A DNA stretch of 64,000 bases from an uncultured Sulfitobacter sp. (GCA_963976125.1 CAXBKL010000001.1:3644-67643), one strand, 5' to 3'; positions 31,010 through 41,305 are shown, counted from the first letter of the stretch. The notes: a model not told the origin generated them from the letters alone. Program-made: numbers and translations.

Positions 31010-31368
31010 GGTCTGTTGCCATAATGCTCGACCATCGCCGCCAGGTCTTCCGGCGGCGTACCCGCGGGGACAAAGACACGTGCATTTGCCGCATGGGCAA
31101 AAATCGACCCATCCGAAAAGAAGCTTGATGAGCTGACAAATATCACCCGTGCAGCCGGATGCCGATAGTTGGCGTAATCCGCCACATTCAGCGCAGACCC
31201 TTCCGACAGGACGACATCAAGAATAATGATTTCAACGTCCCTGCTTGCCAGATGCCGAATTGCCGCATCCTGGTTTGCGGCAACCACAACGTCCATGCCC
31301 TGCCGGCTCAGATGGTTTTCCCACAGGCTGCCAAGCTCAGGGCGGCTTTCGACAATCAGCACACGCAT
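31006..31368 (-). CDS. Stand-alone atypical receiver domain protein
   Basis: MRVLIVES...IILDVVL...VIFVSS; AGGGAGG RBS. Confidence 0.85.
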   Translation of the reverse strand: MRVLIVESRPELGSLWENHLSRQGMDVVVAANQDAAIRHLASRDVEIIILDVVLSEGSALNVADYANYRHPAARVIFVSSSSFFSDGSIFAHAANARVFVPAGTPPEDLAAMVEHYGNRP

Positions 31369-31430
31369 GGGAACCTCCCTGATCTTTGGATGTGAAACAA
31401 CTGGCGCATACCTGTGGTGTGCCGAACTCA

Positions 31431-31445
31431 TTAACAAATCGTTAA
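31431..31445. promoter_or_regulatory. CtrA-type box TTAA-N7-TTAA
   Basis: TTAA-CAAATCG-TTAA, about 60 nt upstream of the receiver gene; another GTTAA at 31461-31465. Confidence 0.6.
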
Positions 31446-31571
31446 TGCCGCCGGGAAAGCGTTAATCATCGCGTCCAGGCTTGCAAGATCAGCAGGTTTC
31501 CGCTTTGACCCAATGGGGATCGGCAATTGACCGCCAACACCCGCGCCTTTGACATTGAAAGGAAACCTCGG

Positions 31572-32486
31572 ATGGGCAGTGGATTCGCATTGGCGCTCGC
31601 GATGGGGCTGGACGCGCTGCTGGGCGAGCCGAATTGGCTGTGGCGCCGCCTGCCACATCCTGCGGTCTTGATGGGGCGGATGATCGCGTGGTTTGATCGC
31701 CACCTCAACATCGGTACCGCGCGCCGGGCCAAGGGCATTGTTCTGGTGGCAATCCTGGTCCTGACGGGATTGCTTGCGGGGGCGGTCTTGAGCCTTTTCG
31801 GCCCCATCGTTGAAATCCTCATCGCGGCGGTGTTGCTGGCGCAAAAGTCGCTGGTGCAGCACGTCACTGCCGTCGCGGACGGCCTGCGCCTGTCGCTGCC
31901 CTCAGCCAGACAGGCGGTGTCGCGGATCGTCAGCCGGGACACCGTTGCGATGCAGAGCGATAACGTTGCCCGATCAGCCATCGAAAGTGCCGCCGAAAAC
32001 CTGAGCGACGGTGTCATCGCGCCCGCATTCTGGTTTCTGGTGGCCGGGCTTCCGGGGCTGCTGATCTACAAATTCATCAACACCGCAGACAGCATGATTG
32101 GCTATCGTACGGAAAAATACTTCAACTTCGGTTGGGCGGCAGCGCGGCTGGATGATCTGCTGAATTTCATTCCTGCCCGGTTGACCGCGCTGCTTGTCGC
32201 GGCGCCAAGCGGCGTATTGGGTCAATGGTCAGCAATTGCCGCAGACGCGCGGTTGCACCGCTCCCCCAATGCCGGGTGGCCAGAGGCGGCAACCGCCCGT
32301 GCCATTTATGTAGCCCTTGCCGGTCCGCGCGCATATGATGGGGTGATGCAGCCCTTTGCATGGGTCAATGCCACCGGGAAAAGGGATATTGGCCCTGTGG
32401 ACATCGACGCAGCCATCCGCGTCCTTTGGCGCGCATGGGCGCTGATGCTGGGCGGCACGATTTTGATCGGCCCGTTATTGAATTGA
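31572..32486 (+). CDS. cbiB: Adenosylcobinamide-phosphate synthase CbiB (CobD)
   Basis: [45 protein letters not shown]. Confidence 0.93.
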   Translation: MGSGFALALAMGLDALLGEPNWLWRRLPHPAVLMGRMIAWFDRHLNIGTARRAKGIVLVAILVLTGLLAGAVLSLFGPIVEILIAAVLLAQKSLVQHVTAVADGLRLSLPSARQAVSRIVSRDTVAMQSDNVARSAIESAAENLSDGVIAPAFWFLVAGLPGLLIYKFINTADSMIGYRTEKYFNFGWAAARLDDLLNFIPARLTALLVAAPSGVLGQWSAIAADARLHRSPNAGWPEAATARAIYVALAGPRAYDGVMQPFAWVNATGKRDIGPVDIDAAIRVLWRAWALMLGGTILIGPLLN

Positions 32487-32494
32487 AGGATTGT

Positions 32495-33667
32495 ATGCGA
32501 CGTTATCTTTTTGCTGCCAGTTTGGTCCTGACCCCCTTTGGTGTCGCCGCCGACACCACATGCGGCGGTTCCTTTTCCACCTTTCTCGAGGGTCTCAAGG
32601 CAGAAGCCGTCGCCAATGGCACGGCCCCCAAGACCGCCGATGCCTTTTTGGCCAACATTCGCCAGGATCCGGCCGTCCTGCGGGCGGACCGCAAACAGGG
32701 CGTCTTTCAAATGCCCTTTGTCGATTTTTCGCGCCGTTTGATCTCGAATGATCGGATCAACAGGGGGCGGGCAAATGCCAAGAAATATGATGCCGTGTTT
32801 GATCGGGTCGAGGCCGCTTATGGGGTGGACCGCAGTGTGCTTTTGGCGTTCTGGGCATTCGAAACCGATTACGGGGCATTTCAGGGCGATTTCAACACCG
32901 CAAACGCGCTGGCAACGCTTGCCCACGATTGCCGCAGGCCAGAGCTTTTCCGGCCGCAGGTTCTGGCCGCGATGGAGCTGTTTGCAAAAGGTGAATTTGA
33001 CCCGATACGCACCACCGGTGCCTGGGCCGGTGAAATTGGCATGGTTCAGATGCTGCCGCGAGACATCCTCGAAAGCGGCGTTGATGGGGATGGAGATGGG
33101 CGTGTGTCCCTGAAAATCTCGGCGCCGGACGCGCTGATGTCGGGAGGCAGGATGCTGCAACATTTGGGCTGGCGGGCGGGCGAACCCTGGCTTGCCGAAA
33201 TTACGTTGCCAGCCAATTTTGACTGGTCCCAGACCGGTCTGCATGTCACGAAACCAGTTTCGGAATGGGTTGCATTGGGCGTGGCACCGCGCAACGAGCA
33301 CTTGGATGGCAACCTGTCCGCATCTGTGCTGCTGCCGCAGGGACACAAGGGGCCTGCCTTCATCGCCTACCCGAATTTCCGAGTCTATTTCGACTGGAAC
33401 CAAAGCTTTACCTATGTTTTGACAGCCGCCTATTTCGCAACCCGGCTGCAGGGTGCACAAGTATATGACGCTGGTGCGCCGGATCCCGGCCTTGCCGGTG
33501 ACCAGATGAAAGCCCTGCAGACCCGCCTGCAAAATCTGGGGCATGACGTGGGGGATGTGGATGGCATTTTGGGCGCGCGGACGCGATCCGCCGTCAGGAG
33601 CGAACAAATGCGGCTGGGCATGGTTGTTGATGGCTGGCCGACACCGGAATTGCTTTCGAAACTGTAA
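32495..33667 (+). CDS. Lytic murein transglycosylase (MltB/SLT_2) with C-terminal PG-binding domain
   Basis: AFWAFETDYG, GAWAGEIGMVQMLP, DGDGDG, DVDGILGARTR. Confidence 0.9.
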   Translation: MRRYLFAASLVLTPFGVAADTTCGGSFSTFLEGLKAEAVANGTAPKTADAFLANIRQDPAVLRADRKQGVFQMPFVDFSRRLISNDRINRGRANAKKYDAVFDRVEAAYGVDRSVLLAFWAFETDYGAFQGDFNTANALATLAHDCRRPELFRPQVLAAMELFAKGEFDPIRTTGAWAGEIGMVQMLPRDILESGVDGDGDGRVSLKISAPDALMSGGRMLQHLGWRAGEPWLAEITLPANFDWSQTGLHVTKPVSEWVALGVAPRNEHLDGNLSASVLLPQGHKGPAFIAYPNFRVYFDWNQSFTYVLTAAYFATRLQGAQVYDAGAPDPGLAGDQMKALQTRLQNLGHDVGDVDGILGARTRSAVRSEQMRLGMVVDGWPTPELLSKL

Positions 33668-33678
33668 AGGAGCCTTTG

Positions 33679-34074
33679 ATGGCACTGAATATCACCGCCG
33701 CGCAGATGGTCGCAAACGCACGTGCACGCATCGAAGAAATCGAGACCGTTGATGGCATCGAAATGATCAACGACCCCGCAGTACAGGTCGTCGATCTGCG
33801 CGACCCGCGCGAACGCACCAGAACCGGGGCCATCCCCGGCGCGTTCCATTGCCCGCGCGGCATGTTGGAATTCTGGGTCGATCCGGACAGCCCCTATTTC
33901 AAAGAGATTTTTGCCGAGGACAGAAAATTCGTCTTTCACTGTGCCTCCGGCTGGCGGTCTGCCCTGTCGGTGGCCACCCTTCAGGACATGGGTTTTCGGG
34001 CGGCACACCTGAAAGACGGATTTTCCGGCTGGGAAAAAGCGGGCGGTCCGATTGAAAAGGTCGAGCCCCGATAA
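33679..34074 (+). CDS. Rhodanese-like protein
   Basis: VDLRDPRE...IPGA, FHCASGWRS. Confidence 0.9.
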   Translation: MALNITAAQMVANARARIEEIETVDGIEMINDPAVQVVDLRDPRERTRTGAIPGAFHCPRGMLEFWVDPDSPYFKEIFAEDRKFVFHCASGWRSALSVATLQDMGFRAAHLKDGFSGWEKAGGPIEKVEPR

Positions 34075-34159
34075 GACGGGCAAATCAGGGTGCCGCGAGA
34101 CCAACCGCGGCCCTGCGCCGCTGCGCGGTCAAAGGTTCCCCGGACGTGTTGATATAGGG

Positions 34160-37100
34160 TCACGCAACCAGTGTTTCGGCCTTTTTGAGATCAACCGAGA
34201 CCAACTGACTGACCCCCTGCTCTGCCATGGTAACACCATAGAGCCGGTCCATCCGCGCCATGGTGACAGCGTGGTGCGTGATAATCAGGAAACGCGTGTC
34301 GGTCTGGCGGCACATCTCGTCCAGCAGATCGCAAAAGCGGGTCACATTTGCATCGTCCAGAGGCGCGTCCACCTCGTCCAGCACACAAATCGGCGCTGGA
34401 TTTGCCAGGAACACCGCAAAAATCAATGCCAATGCCGTCAGGGTCTGTTCCCCGCCGGAGAGCAGGCTGAGCGTGCTCAACTTCTTGCCGGGCGGCTGGC
34501 ACATGATCTCAAGCCCGGCCTCAAGAGGATCATCGGATTCAACCATCACAAGGTTCGCCTCACCGCCGCCAAACAGATGCCGGAACAAAAGCGAGAAGTT
34601 GATGTTCACCTGCTCAAAGGCGGTCAACAGGCGTTCACGCCCTTCCCTGTTAAGACTGGCGATACCTGAGCGTAGCGTCTTTATCGCTTCTTCCAGATCG
34701 GCCTTCTCGGCTGCCAGCGTGTCATGTTCCTCGCGGACGTCCCTGGCATCCTCTTCGGCCCTGAGATTGACCGCCCCAAGGGCATCTCGCTGACGCTTGA
34801 GCCGAGTTGCATCCGCTTCCAACACATCAACACCCGGCATTTGATCCGGATTGACGTCAAGCGAAGTCAGGAGCTGATTGGGGGTCTGGCGGCTGTCCTC
34901 ACCGATGCGCTCAGCGGCGGCGGCGACCGTTTCCCGGGCGGCTTCGGCACGGGCCTCCGATCTGGCACGGGCCTCTCGGGCTTCGGATGCCGCACGTTCG
35001 GTGTCGCGTTCGTGCTGTGTGGCCTCCCGCAAGGCACCCTCGGCGGTCGACAGGGTATCCGACGCGGCTGTGCGCCGGGCCTCTGCGTGGGTGATTTGCT
35101 TGTTGATCTCATCCCGCTTGGCCGCGATTTCCGCCGGGGCCGCGGCGGCCTCCTTCAGTTCTGCTTCGGAGGCCTGTTTACGGCCCTGCAATTCTTCGCT
35201 GCGCTTTTCTGCGGTCTCAAGCCTGTGCCGCCAGCCGCTGATTTCCTTGCCGACCTCCTGTGCGCGCCTGACCCGCGCTTCGCCTTCGCGGCGCAACTCG
35301 TCGTGACCCGACCGTCGCGACAGCATGGTGATACGCGCGGCCTCAACAGTCATGCGAATATCCTCAACGTCGCCCCTGGCCTGTTCGAGGTCTTCCAGGT
35401 TGGCTAAAGCCCGCTCTGCCTCCTGGACCTGCGCACGGGCCGCCATCGCCTCATCCTCGTGGCGTTTTACTGCCAACCCAAGACTTTCCAATCTGCCTTC
35501 GGCAAGGTTGCGGTCGGCTTCGGCCCGGCTGAGGGCGCGTCCGGCATCGGCAACCATCCGATCGGCGACACGCCGGGCATCGCGGGCCTGGCGATCCGCT
35601 TCGGTCTGGGCCGCCAGTGCCGCTGTCAGCGTCTCATGCGCAGCACGTGCCCCTTCGGCGCGCTGGCTGGCCTGTTCAAGGGCCTGCTTGAGAACCTCAA
35701 GCCGGTTCAATTGCTGCAAACGAAGCGCCGCCGCCGAGGGCGCGTCTTCGGCCCAGGCGCGATAGCCATCCCAACGCCACAGGTCACCCTCGACCGATAC
35801 AAGACGCTGACCGGGCAATAGCGCGGCCTGCAACTGCGCACCCTCGTCCACATCCACAAGCCCGATCTGGCCCATGCGGCGCGCCAGAACATCGGGTACC
35901 GACACATGCGCATCAAGCGGTGTCACCCCTGCCGGCAGGGGTTGTGCCACATCATAGCCCGGCAGAACCGCCCAACCGGACGGCCCGTCCGTGTCGACCT
36001 GCGGTGCGCGCAGATCATCGGCAAGTGCCGCTCCAAGCGCCTTTTCAAAACCATGCTCAACCTGCAACCGATCAAGGATCTGCCCACCTTCGGCGGTATC
36101 CCGTTCAACCAGCTTGGCCAATGCGCCCACCTCGGCGCGCAGGGCGTTCATCTCGCCTTCAGCCTCGGAACGTTCTGCACGCGCATCCGCTTCACGGGCT
36201 TGCCCCTGCGCGCGTGCTTCTTCGGCATTCATCAATGCGTCATCAGCCTGAGCCGCCGCCGTCACGGCTCGGGTTTCGGCGGCCCCGGCGGTTTCAAAAT
36301 CAACCGCAGCCTTTTTCAGCGCCTCGCCGCTCTGGGCAACGGCGCCACGGGCTTTCTCGGCCTCGGTCTCGGCCTTGGACTGGGTTTTCCTGCTGTCTTC
36401 CAGCAACCGCGCCGCCGACCCATGACGGGCAAAAAGCCGGGCGGTGTCTTCGGTTTTCTGGGTCAATTCGGCCTCGCGGGCTTGCAGAACGGCGGCCGCA
36501 TCCCGCGCCGCATCCGCAGCGGCGGCCAGCGAGTCTTCATGCCCGGCACCTGCGTCGGACAATGCCCTGGCTTCCCACTCAAGTCGGGCAATGGTGTCGC
36601 CTGCGTCCCGGTTCAATCCACCTTCGCGTTCAATATCATGGGCCAGTTGCGCGATGCGGTCGGCCAGGGTCTTGATGGCGCTCTGGGCCTGGGTTTCCTG
36701 ATCGACAAGTGTATCGCGCTGAACCGCGAGCCGTTGCAGCACCGCCGCTGCAATCGCCTCTTCTTCGCGCAAAGGCGGCAGCGCGTCTTCAGCGGTCTGC
36801 CGTTCCTTTGCCGCCTGCAAGGATTGCGCCTGTGCCTGCGCCGCCACATTGCCCTTTTCGCGCAAATCCTCGTCGGCCTCGGCGCGCGCGGTGTCCGCTT
36901 CGCGCCAACGGCGGTAGAGCAACAGACCCTCGGTCCGGCGCAGCTGTTCACCGATCTCGCGGTATCTGGCGGCCTGACGGGCCTGGCGGGCCAGCTGCGC
37001 AAGCTGGGCGGCCAGTTGTTCAATCACATCGTCAACCCGCGACAGATTGACCTCCGCCGCGTTCAACTTGAGTTCCGCTTCGTGCCGACGCTGATACAGC

Positions 37101-37615
37101 CCTGAAATCCCCGCCGCTTCTTCCAGAATGCGGCGGCGGTTTTTCGGTCTGGCATTGATCAGTTCGGAAATCTGACCCTGCCGCACAAGCGCAGGGCTGT
37201 GCGCCCCAGTGGAGGCATCCGCAAAAAGCATCTGGACATCACGCGCGCGCACCTCTTTTCCCGCCGCCTTGTAGGCGCTGCCGACGTCGCGGGTGATGCG
37301 GCGCACGATCTCAAGCGTATCGGTATCGTTAAATCCCGATGGGGCAAGTCGTTCGGAATTGTCGATGTGCAGGGAGACTTCGGCAAAGTTACGCGCGGGG
37401 CGGGTTGCGGCACCGGCGAAAATGACGTCTTCCATGCCGCCGCCGCGCATCGCGGTTGGACGGTTTTCGCCCATGACCCAGCGTAGTGCCTCAAGCAGAT
37501 TGGATTTGCCACAGCCGTTCGGACCGACAACACCCGTAAGACCATCCGAGATCATCAGGTCGGTGGGATCCACAAAGCTTTTGAAGCCCGTCAATCTGAG
37601 TTTGGAAAAACGCAA
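34160..37615 (-). CDS. smc: Chromosome partition protein Smc
   Basis: GPNGCGKSN, long coiled coil, LSGGEQ, LDEVDAPLD, IITH. A TTG start gives 1151 aa. Confidence 0.95.
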   Translation of the reverse strand: MRFSKLRLTGFKSFVDPTDLMISDGLTGVVGPNGCGKSNLLEALRWVMGENRPTAMRGGGMEDVIFAGAATRPARNFAEVSLHIDNSERLAPSGFNDTDTLEIVRRITRDVGSAYKAAGKEVRARDVQMLFADASTGAHSPALVRQGQISELINARPKNRRRILEEAAGISGLYQRRHEAELKLNAAEVNLSRVDDVIEQLAAQLAQLARQARQAARYREIGEQLRRTEGLLLYRRWREADTARAEADEDLREKGNVAAQAQAQSLQAAKERQTAEDALPPLREEEAIAAAVLQRLAVQRDTLVDQETQAQSAIKTLADRIAQLAHDIEREGGLNRDAGDTIARLEWEARALSDAGAGHEDSLAAAADAARDAAAVLQAREAELTQKTEDTARLFARHGSAARLLEDSRKTQSKAETEAEKARGAVAQSGEALKKAAVDFETAGAAETRAVTAAAQADDALMNAEEARAQGQAREADARAERSEAEGEMNALRAEVGALAKLVERDTAEGGQILDRLQVEHGFEKALGAALADDLRAPQVDTDGPSGWAVLPGYDVAQPLPAGVTPLDAHVSVPDVLARRMGQIGLVDVDEGAQLQAALLPGQRLVSVEGDLWRWDGYRAWAEDAPSAAALRLQQLNRLEVLKQALEQASQRAEGARAAHETLTAALAAQTEADRQARDARRVADRMVADAGRALSRAEADRNLAEGRLESLGLAVKRHEDEAMAARAQVQEAERALANLEDLEQARGDVEDIRMTVEAARITMLSRRSGHDELRREGEARVRRAQEVGKEISGWRHRLETAEKRSEELQGRKQASEAELKEAAAAPAEIAAKRDEINKQITHAEARRTAASDTLSTAEGALREATQHERDTERAASEAREARARSEARAEAARETVAAAAERIGEDSRQTPNQLLTSLDVNPDQMPGVDVLEADATRLKRQRDALGAVNLRAEEDARDVREEHDTLAAEKADLEEAIKTLRSGIASLNREGRERLLTAFEQVNINFSLLFRHLFGGGEANLVMVESDDPLEAGLEIMCQPPGKKLSTLSLLSGGEQTLTALALIFAVFLANPAPICVLDEVDAPLDDANVTRFCDLLDEMCRQTDTRFLIITHHAVTMARMDRLYGVTMAEQGVSQLVSVDLKKAETLVA

Positions 37616-37686
37616 GGCGCGGATGTCTCCGATGATTCTGCTCATGTCAAAAATGCGGGGCGCGATGGCCTCAAGTCAACATGCCA

Positions 37687-37733
37687 ACACAATGGAACGT
37701 GTTTGCAGGGGGTTTTTCCACAAGATATTGGGC
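37687..37733. promoter_or_regulatory. Candidate tandem NrdR boxes upstream of smc
   Basis: CCACAAGATATTGGGC (37718-37733) fits acaCwAtATaTwGtgt at all core positions; degenerate ACACAATGGAACGTGT lies 31 bp away. Confidence 0.4.
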
Positions 37734-37766
37734 CTTTTGGCCGTTTAGCACCCTGTCGCGGGGATT

Positions 37767-38078
37767 TTAGCGCGTCTTGGTGTTTTTCCCACAGTCGAGA
37801 ATGCCAGTGGCAAGCGCCTGATCTCCCCGCACCTCTTTCACACGGCACCCGCTGACCTGTGCCATTGCGATGCCCGCGCGTTCCCTGATCGGGCTGAAGC
37901 GCGGCGCATATTCGGAATTTATGCGGATCGCTTCCGCAAGTTTTCCTCTGACCCTGACGTCAAATGTGGACCCCTGGACCGTGACCCGCGTGGCATCAAG
38001 GCCGCGAAAATGTGGACCCGGCGTGTTGCAGGCGACAAGCAAGGGCCACAACGCCAGAATGGCATAAAGACGAAACAT
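37767..38078 (-). CDS. Hypothetical lipoprotein
   Basis: MFRLYAILALWPLLVAC lipobox. Confidence 0.7.
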   Translation of the reverse strand: MFRLYAILALWPLLVACNTPGPHFRGLDATRVTVQGSTFDVRVRGKLAEAIRINSEYAPRFSPIRERAGIAMAQVSGCRVKEVRGDQALATGILDCGKNTKTR

Positions 38079-38147
38079 CGCACGAGTTTCGCAGGACAAT
38101 GGTTAACAATTCCTTTCTACCATCCAGACCATTGCCGTATCCAATCG

Positions 38148-38168
38148 TTGGTCATATAAATTTACCAA
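38148..38168. promoter_or_regulatory. Palindrome TTGGT-N11-ACCAA, candidate GntR operator
   Basis: Immediately upstream of the GntR gene RBS. Confidence 0.45.
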
Positions 38169-38182
38169 TTCAAGGAGTTTTC

Positions 38183-38950
38183 ATGCCGTTCCAGCCCGTT
38201 ACTGCGGAAAAACTGTCCCACGCAGTGATCCGTCAAATCGAACAGTTGATCCTGCGCGGCATCTTGCGGCCCGGTGAGCGCCTTCCCTCCGAACGGGAAC
38301 TGGCCGAGCGGCTGGAGGTGTCCCGCCCGTCGCTGCGCGATGCCATAGCCCATTTGCAGAAAGCGGGTCTGCTGAGCGCAAAGCCGGGTGCGGGCGTCTA
38401 TGTGGGCGATGTCCTTGGCAGTGCGTTTTCACCTGCCCTGATTGAGCTTTTTGCGCGCCATGATGAGGCGGTTTTTGACTACCTCGCCTTTCGCCGCGAC
38501 ATGGAAGGCCTTGCGGCGGCACGGGCTGCCAAACTTGGCTCTGACACAGATTTGCAGGTGATCGAGACGCTGTTTGAAAAGATGGAAGCGGTTCACCAAA
38601 AGAAGAACGCCGAGGAAGAGGCGAGGCTGGACGCGCAATTCCACATGGCCATCGTCGAGGCGAGCCACAACGTCGTCATGCTGCATATGATGCGCTCGAT
38701 GTACGATCTGCTGCGCGGCGGGGTGTTCTACAATCGGCAAGTCATGTTCAAACAACGCACCAGCCGGGCGGCGCTGCTTGATCAGCACCGGGCCATAAAT
38801 GATGCAGTTCAGGCCCGCGATGCAGATGGCGCACGGGCCGCGGTCGAGGCCCATCTGGATTATGTCGAACGGTGCCTTTTCGATCACCGCAAGGCAGAGC
38901 GAAACGAGGCCATCGCACGCCAGCGGCTGGACCATGAACAACACAACTAG
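38183..38950 (+). CDS. GntR/FadR-family regulator (FCD domain)
   Basis: LRPGERLPSERELAERLEVSRPSLRDAI; LDAQFHMAIVEASHN. Confidence 0.93.
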   Translation: MPFQPVTAEKLSHAVIRQIEQLILRGILRPGERLPSERELAERLEVSRPSLRDAIAHLQKAGLLSAKPGAGVYVGDVLGSAFSPALIELFARHDEAVFDYLAFRRDMEGLAAARAAKLGSDTDLQVIETLFEKMEAVHQKKNAEEEARLDAQFHMAIVEASHNVVMLHMMRSMYDLLRGGVFYNRQVMFKQRTSRAALLDQHRAINDAVQARDADGARAAVEAHLDYVERCLFDHRKAERNEAIARQRLDHEQHN

Positions 38951-39036
38951 AATGGCATCCCGGTGGCGGCGACAAGGGGGACAGTACCGGGACGGTACAA
39001 TGTCTTTGAATTGAACCGGCGCCTGCCCTGCAACGC

Positions 39037-39063
39037 AAAAGCCCCGGATAATCCGGGGCCTTT
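39037..39063 (-). terminator. Intrinsic terminator of the atp F0 operon
   Basis: AAAAGCCCCGGA-taa-TCCGGGGCCTTT. Confidence 0.85.
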
Positions 39064-39087
39064 GTCAATCATCCAAGAGAACGACGA

Positions 39088-39648
39088 TCAGTGCAGTTTG
39101 GCCTCTACCTGACCAATGGCATCGTCGATCAATTTGTTCGCATCTGTTGCGGTCATCTGCTTGGCAATCACGTCTCGTGCCGCAGCAACGGCGATAGTAA
39201 CGGCCTGATCGCGAACGTCCTTCACTGCAGAGGCATGTGCAGATGCTATCTGCTCCTCGGCGGCGGCCAGTCGGCGCGTGACAGACTTCTCAAGATCGCC
39301 ACGTGCCTTGTCGGCGGCTGTGGCGGCCTCTTCTTTTGCGGCGGCCACAATGCGGTCGGCTTGTTCCTGCACTTCTTTCTGTTTGCGCTCGTAGCTGGCA
39401 AGCAGTGTCTGCGCTTCTTCGCGCAGGCGCCGGGCCTCATCCAACTCGGACTTGATGTCATCGGCGCGCTTGTCAAGCATGCCGCCGATCAGACCCGGAA
39501 CCTTGTAGTAGAACAAGATGCCGATAAAGACGATCAGGCCAAGCAGGACAACAAAGTCGCTGTTGCCCAGTGAAAAGAACGGGCCTTTTGCGGCAAATGC
39601 AGGCGTCGCAAACAAGACGCTCAGCGCGGCGGTCAGGGTCAAACGCAT
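39088..39648 (-). CDS. atpF: F0F1 ATP synthase subunit b
   Basis: N-terminal TM, LDKRADDIKSELDEARRLREEA; operon position. Confidence 0.93.
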   Translation of the reverse strand: MRLTLTAALSVLFATPAFAAKGPFFSLGNSDFVVLLGLIVFIGILFYYKVPGLIGGMLDKRADDIKSELDEARRLREEAQTLLASYERKQKEVQEQADRIVAAAKEEAATAADKARGDLEKSVTRRLAAAEEQIASAHASAVKDVRDQAVTIAVAAARDVIAKQMTATDANKLIDDAIGQVEAKLH

Positions 39649-39651
39649 GGC

Positions 39652-40179
39652 TTATCCTTTCATCCGTGCAGTGATGGCGGCGTTTACCGCCTTTGCATCT
39701 GCCTTGCCGCCCATGGCAGCAACGATCTCTTTCGCTGTATCCTTGGCGACCACTTCAACGTTCTCCAACGCGGATGCGCGGATTTCGCCGATGGCCTTTT
39801 CGGACTCAGCCGATTTCGCGGCAATCTCGGCATCTGCCTTGGCGATAGCCTTGTTGAGATCGGCCTGAATGTCGGCCTTGGCGTCCGCGACGATCTTTTG
39901 GGCCTCGGATCGCGCATCTGCAAGCGCCTTGTTATAGGCTTCTTCGGCCTCTGCGGCTTTTGCCTTGAGGTCTTCGGCCGCAGAAATATCATTGGTGATC
40001 GTGCCGGAACGCTCCGCCAGGACCGCGCCGATGCGTGGCAGGGCAACGCGTGACAGGATCAGGTAGATCGCGACAAGCGCGAGCACGAGCCAGAAGATCT
40101 GGTTTCCCCAAGTCGAGAAATCCAGCTGTGGCATGCCGGGGGCAGACACCACCTCTGCGCTATTTGTTTCAGTTGCCAT
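39652..40179 (-). CDS. F0F1 ATP synthase subunit b'
   Basis: [17 protein letters not shown]...[11 protein letters not shown]. Confidence 0.92.
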   Translation of the reverse strand: MATETNSAEVVSAPGMPQLDFSTWGNQIFWLVLALVAIYLILSRVALPRIGAVLAERSGTITNDISAAEDLKAKAAEAEEAYNKALADARSEAQKIVADAKADIQADLNKAIAKADAEIAAKSAESEKAIGEIRASALENVEVVAKDTAKEIVAAMGGKADAKAVNAAITARMKG

Positions 40180-40262
40180 CTTGGCTTCTCCTTGGAAACG
40201 GGGGCCTGACAGCGGATAGGGGGGTACCCCTATCCGCACGCAAGGATGTCGTTACCGAGAGC

Positions 40263-40487
40263 TTATACAGCGAACATCAGCAGCAGCGCGACGAGGAAGG
40301 CAAAGATGCCCAGAGCCTCGGCAAACGCGATGCCGATGAAGAGTGTTGCCGTTTGCGAAGCAGCGGCAGATGGGTTGCGCAGTGCGCCTGCCAGGTAGTT
40401 GCCTGCAACGTTGCCAACCCCGATTGCGGCTGCGCCGGAACCGATTGCTGCCAGACCTGCGCCGATGTGTGCGAGTTCGCCTTCCAT
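40263..40487 (-). CDS. atpE: F0F1 ATP synthase subunit c
   Basis: GVGNVAG...LRNP...[11 protein letters not shown]. Confidence 0.97.
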   Translation of the reverse strand: MEGELAHIGAGLAAIGSGAAAIGVGNVAGNYLAGALRNPSAAASQTATLFIGIAFAEALGIFAFLVALLLMFAV

Positions 40488-40545
40488 GATATTCTCCTAT
40501 GCGTTGGAAGTTGAGTATTTGGACGGGTGTTAGATGTCGCCCGAA

Positions 40546-41304
40546 TTAGTGTGAGGGATGCAGCGCGTCCTTGAGGTACACGCATGTCAAAATGGTGAAA
40601 ACGTAGGCCTGAATGAAGGCCACAAGAACCTCCAGACCGAACATCGCCGTGATGCCCAGAACCGCCACCGGCGATACAATCGTGATCGTGGCAAAACCTG
40701 CGAACACCTTGATGACCGCGTGGCCCGCCATGACGTTACCCGCCAGACGAATGGAGTGGCTGACCGGGCGCACAAAATATGAGATCAGTTCGATCACCGC
40801 CAGAATGGGCCGAAGGGCCAGGGGCGCCGACGACACCCAGAACAAACCAAGGAAAGCCGTACCGTTTTTGACAAAGCCGACAACCGTTACTGTCAGGAAC
40901 ACCGCCATCGCCAGAACTACCGTCACCGCAAAATGTGATGTTGGGGTAAAGGACGCCGGAACCAGACCCAGGAAGTTGGCGGAAACAATGAACATGAACA
41001 GCGTCATGATGTAGGGGAAATACTTCACCCCTTCCTTGCCGCAGATGTCTTCGACCATCTTGTAGACAAAGCCATAAGCCAGCTCGGCCACCGATTGCAT
41101 CCGCGAGGGGATGACCGCGCGCTTGGAACTGCCCAGAACCAAAAGCAGGAAGGTTGCGACGACCGCAAGGAACATCCAGAAGGTTGCATTGGTTACCGTG
41201 TACCACGCCACTTCGGTTCCATCACCAAAGAACGGCTTGATGATGAATTGATCCATCGGGTGGAAGACAAGGCCGCCTTCGTCTTTTGCTGTTTCTGTCG
41301 CCAT
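40546..41304 (-). CDS. atpB: F0F1 ATP synthase subunit a
   Basis: [25 protein letters not shown]. Confidence 0.97.
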   Translation of the reverse strand: MATETAKDEGGLVFHPMDQFIIKPFFGDGTEVAWYTVTNATFWMFLAVVATFLLLVLGSSKRAVIPSRMQSVAELAYGFVYKMVEDICGKEGVKYFPYIMTLFMFIVSANFLGLVPASFTPTSHFAVTVVLAMAVFLTVTVVGFVKNGTAFLGLFWVSSAPLALRPILAVIELISYFVRPVSHSIRLAGNVMAGHAVIKVFAGFATITIVSPVAVLGITAMFGLEVLVAFIQAYVFTILTCVYLKDALHPSH

Positions 41305-41305
41305 T

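Noticed and set aside
31369-31571. Possible cobalamin riboswitch before cbiB
   Set aside because: The region is short and has no B12-box (GGGAA...ACTG...GCCACTG-like) elements in the right order.
34700-37000. Ala/Glu/Arg-rich quasi-repeats in smc and Met/Gly-rich repeats at the ffh 3' end (45700-46190)
   Set aside because: Expected coiled-coil and M-domain low complexity, not independent repeats.
38094-38118. GTTAAC half-site upstream of the lipoprotein gene as a CtrA box
   Set aside because: The second half-site (GAAA) does not match TTAA.
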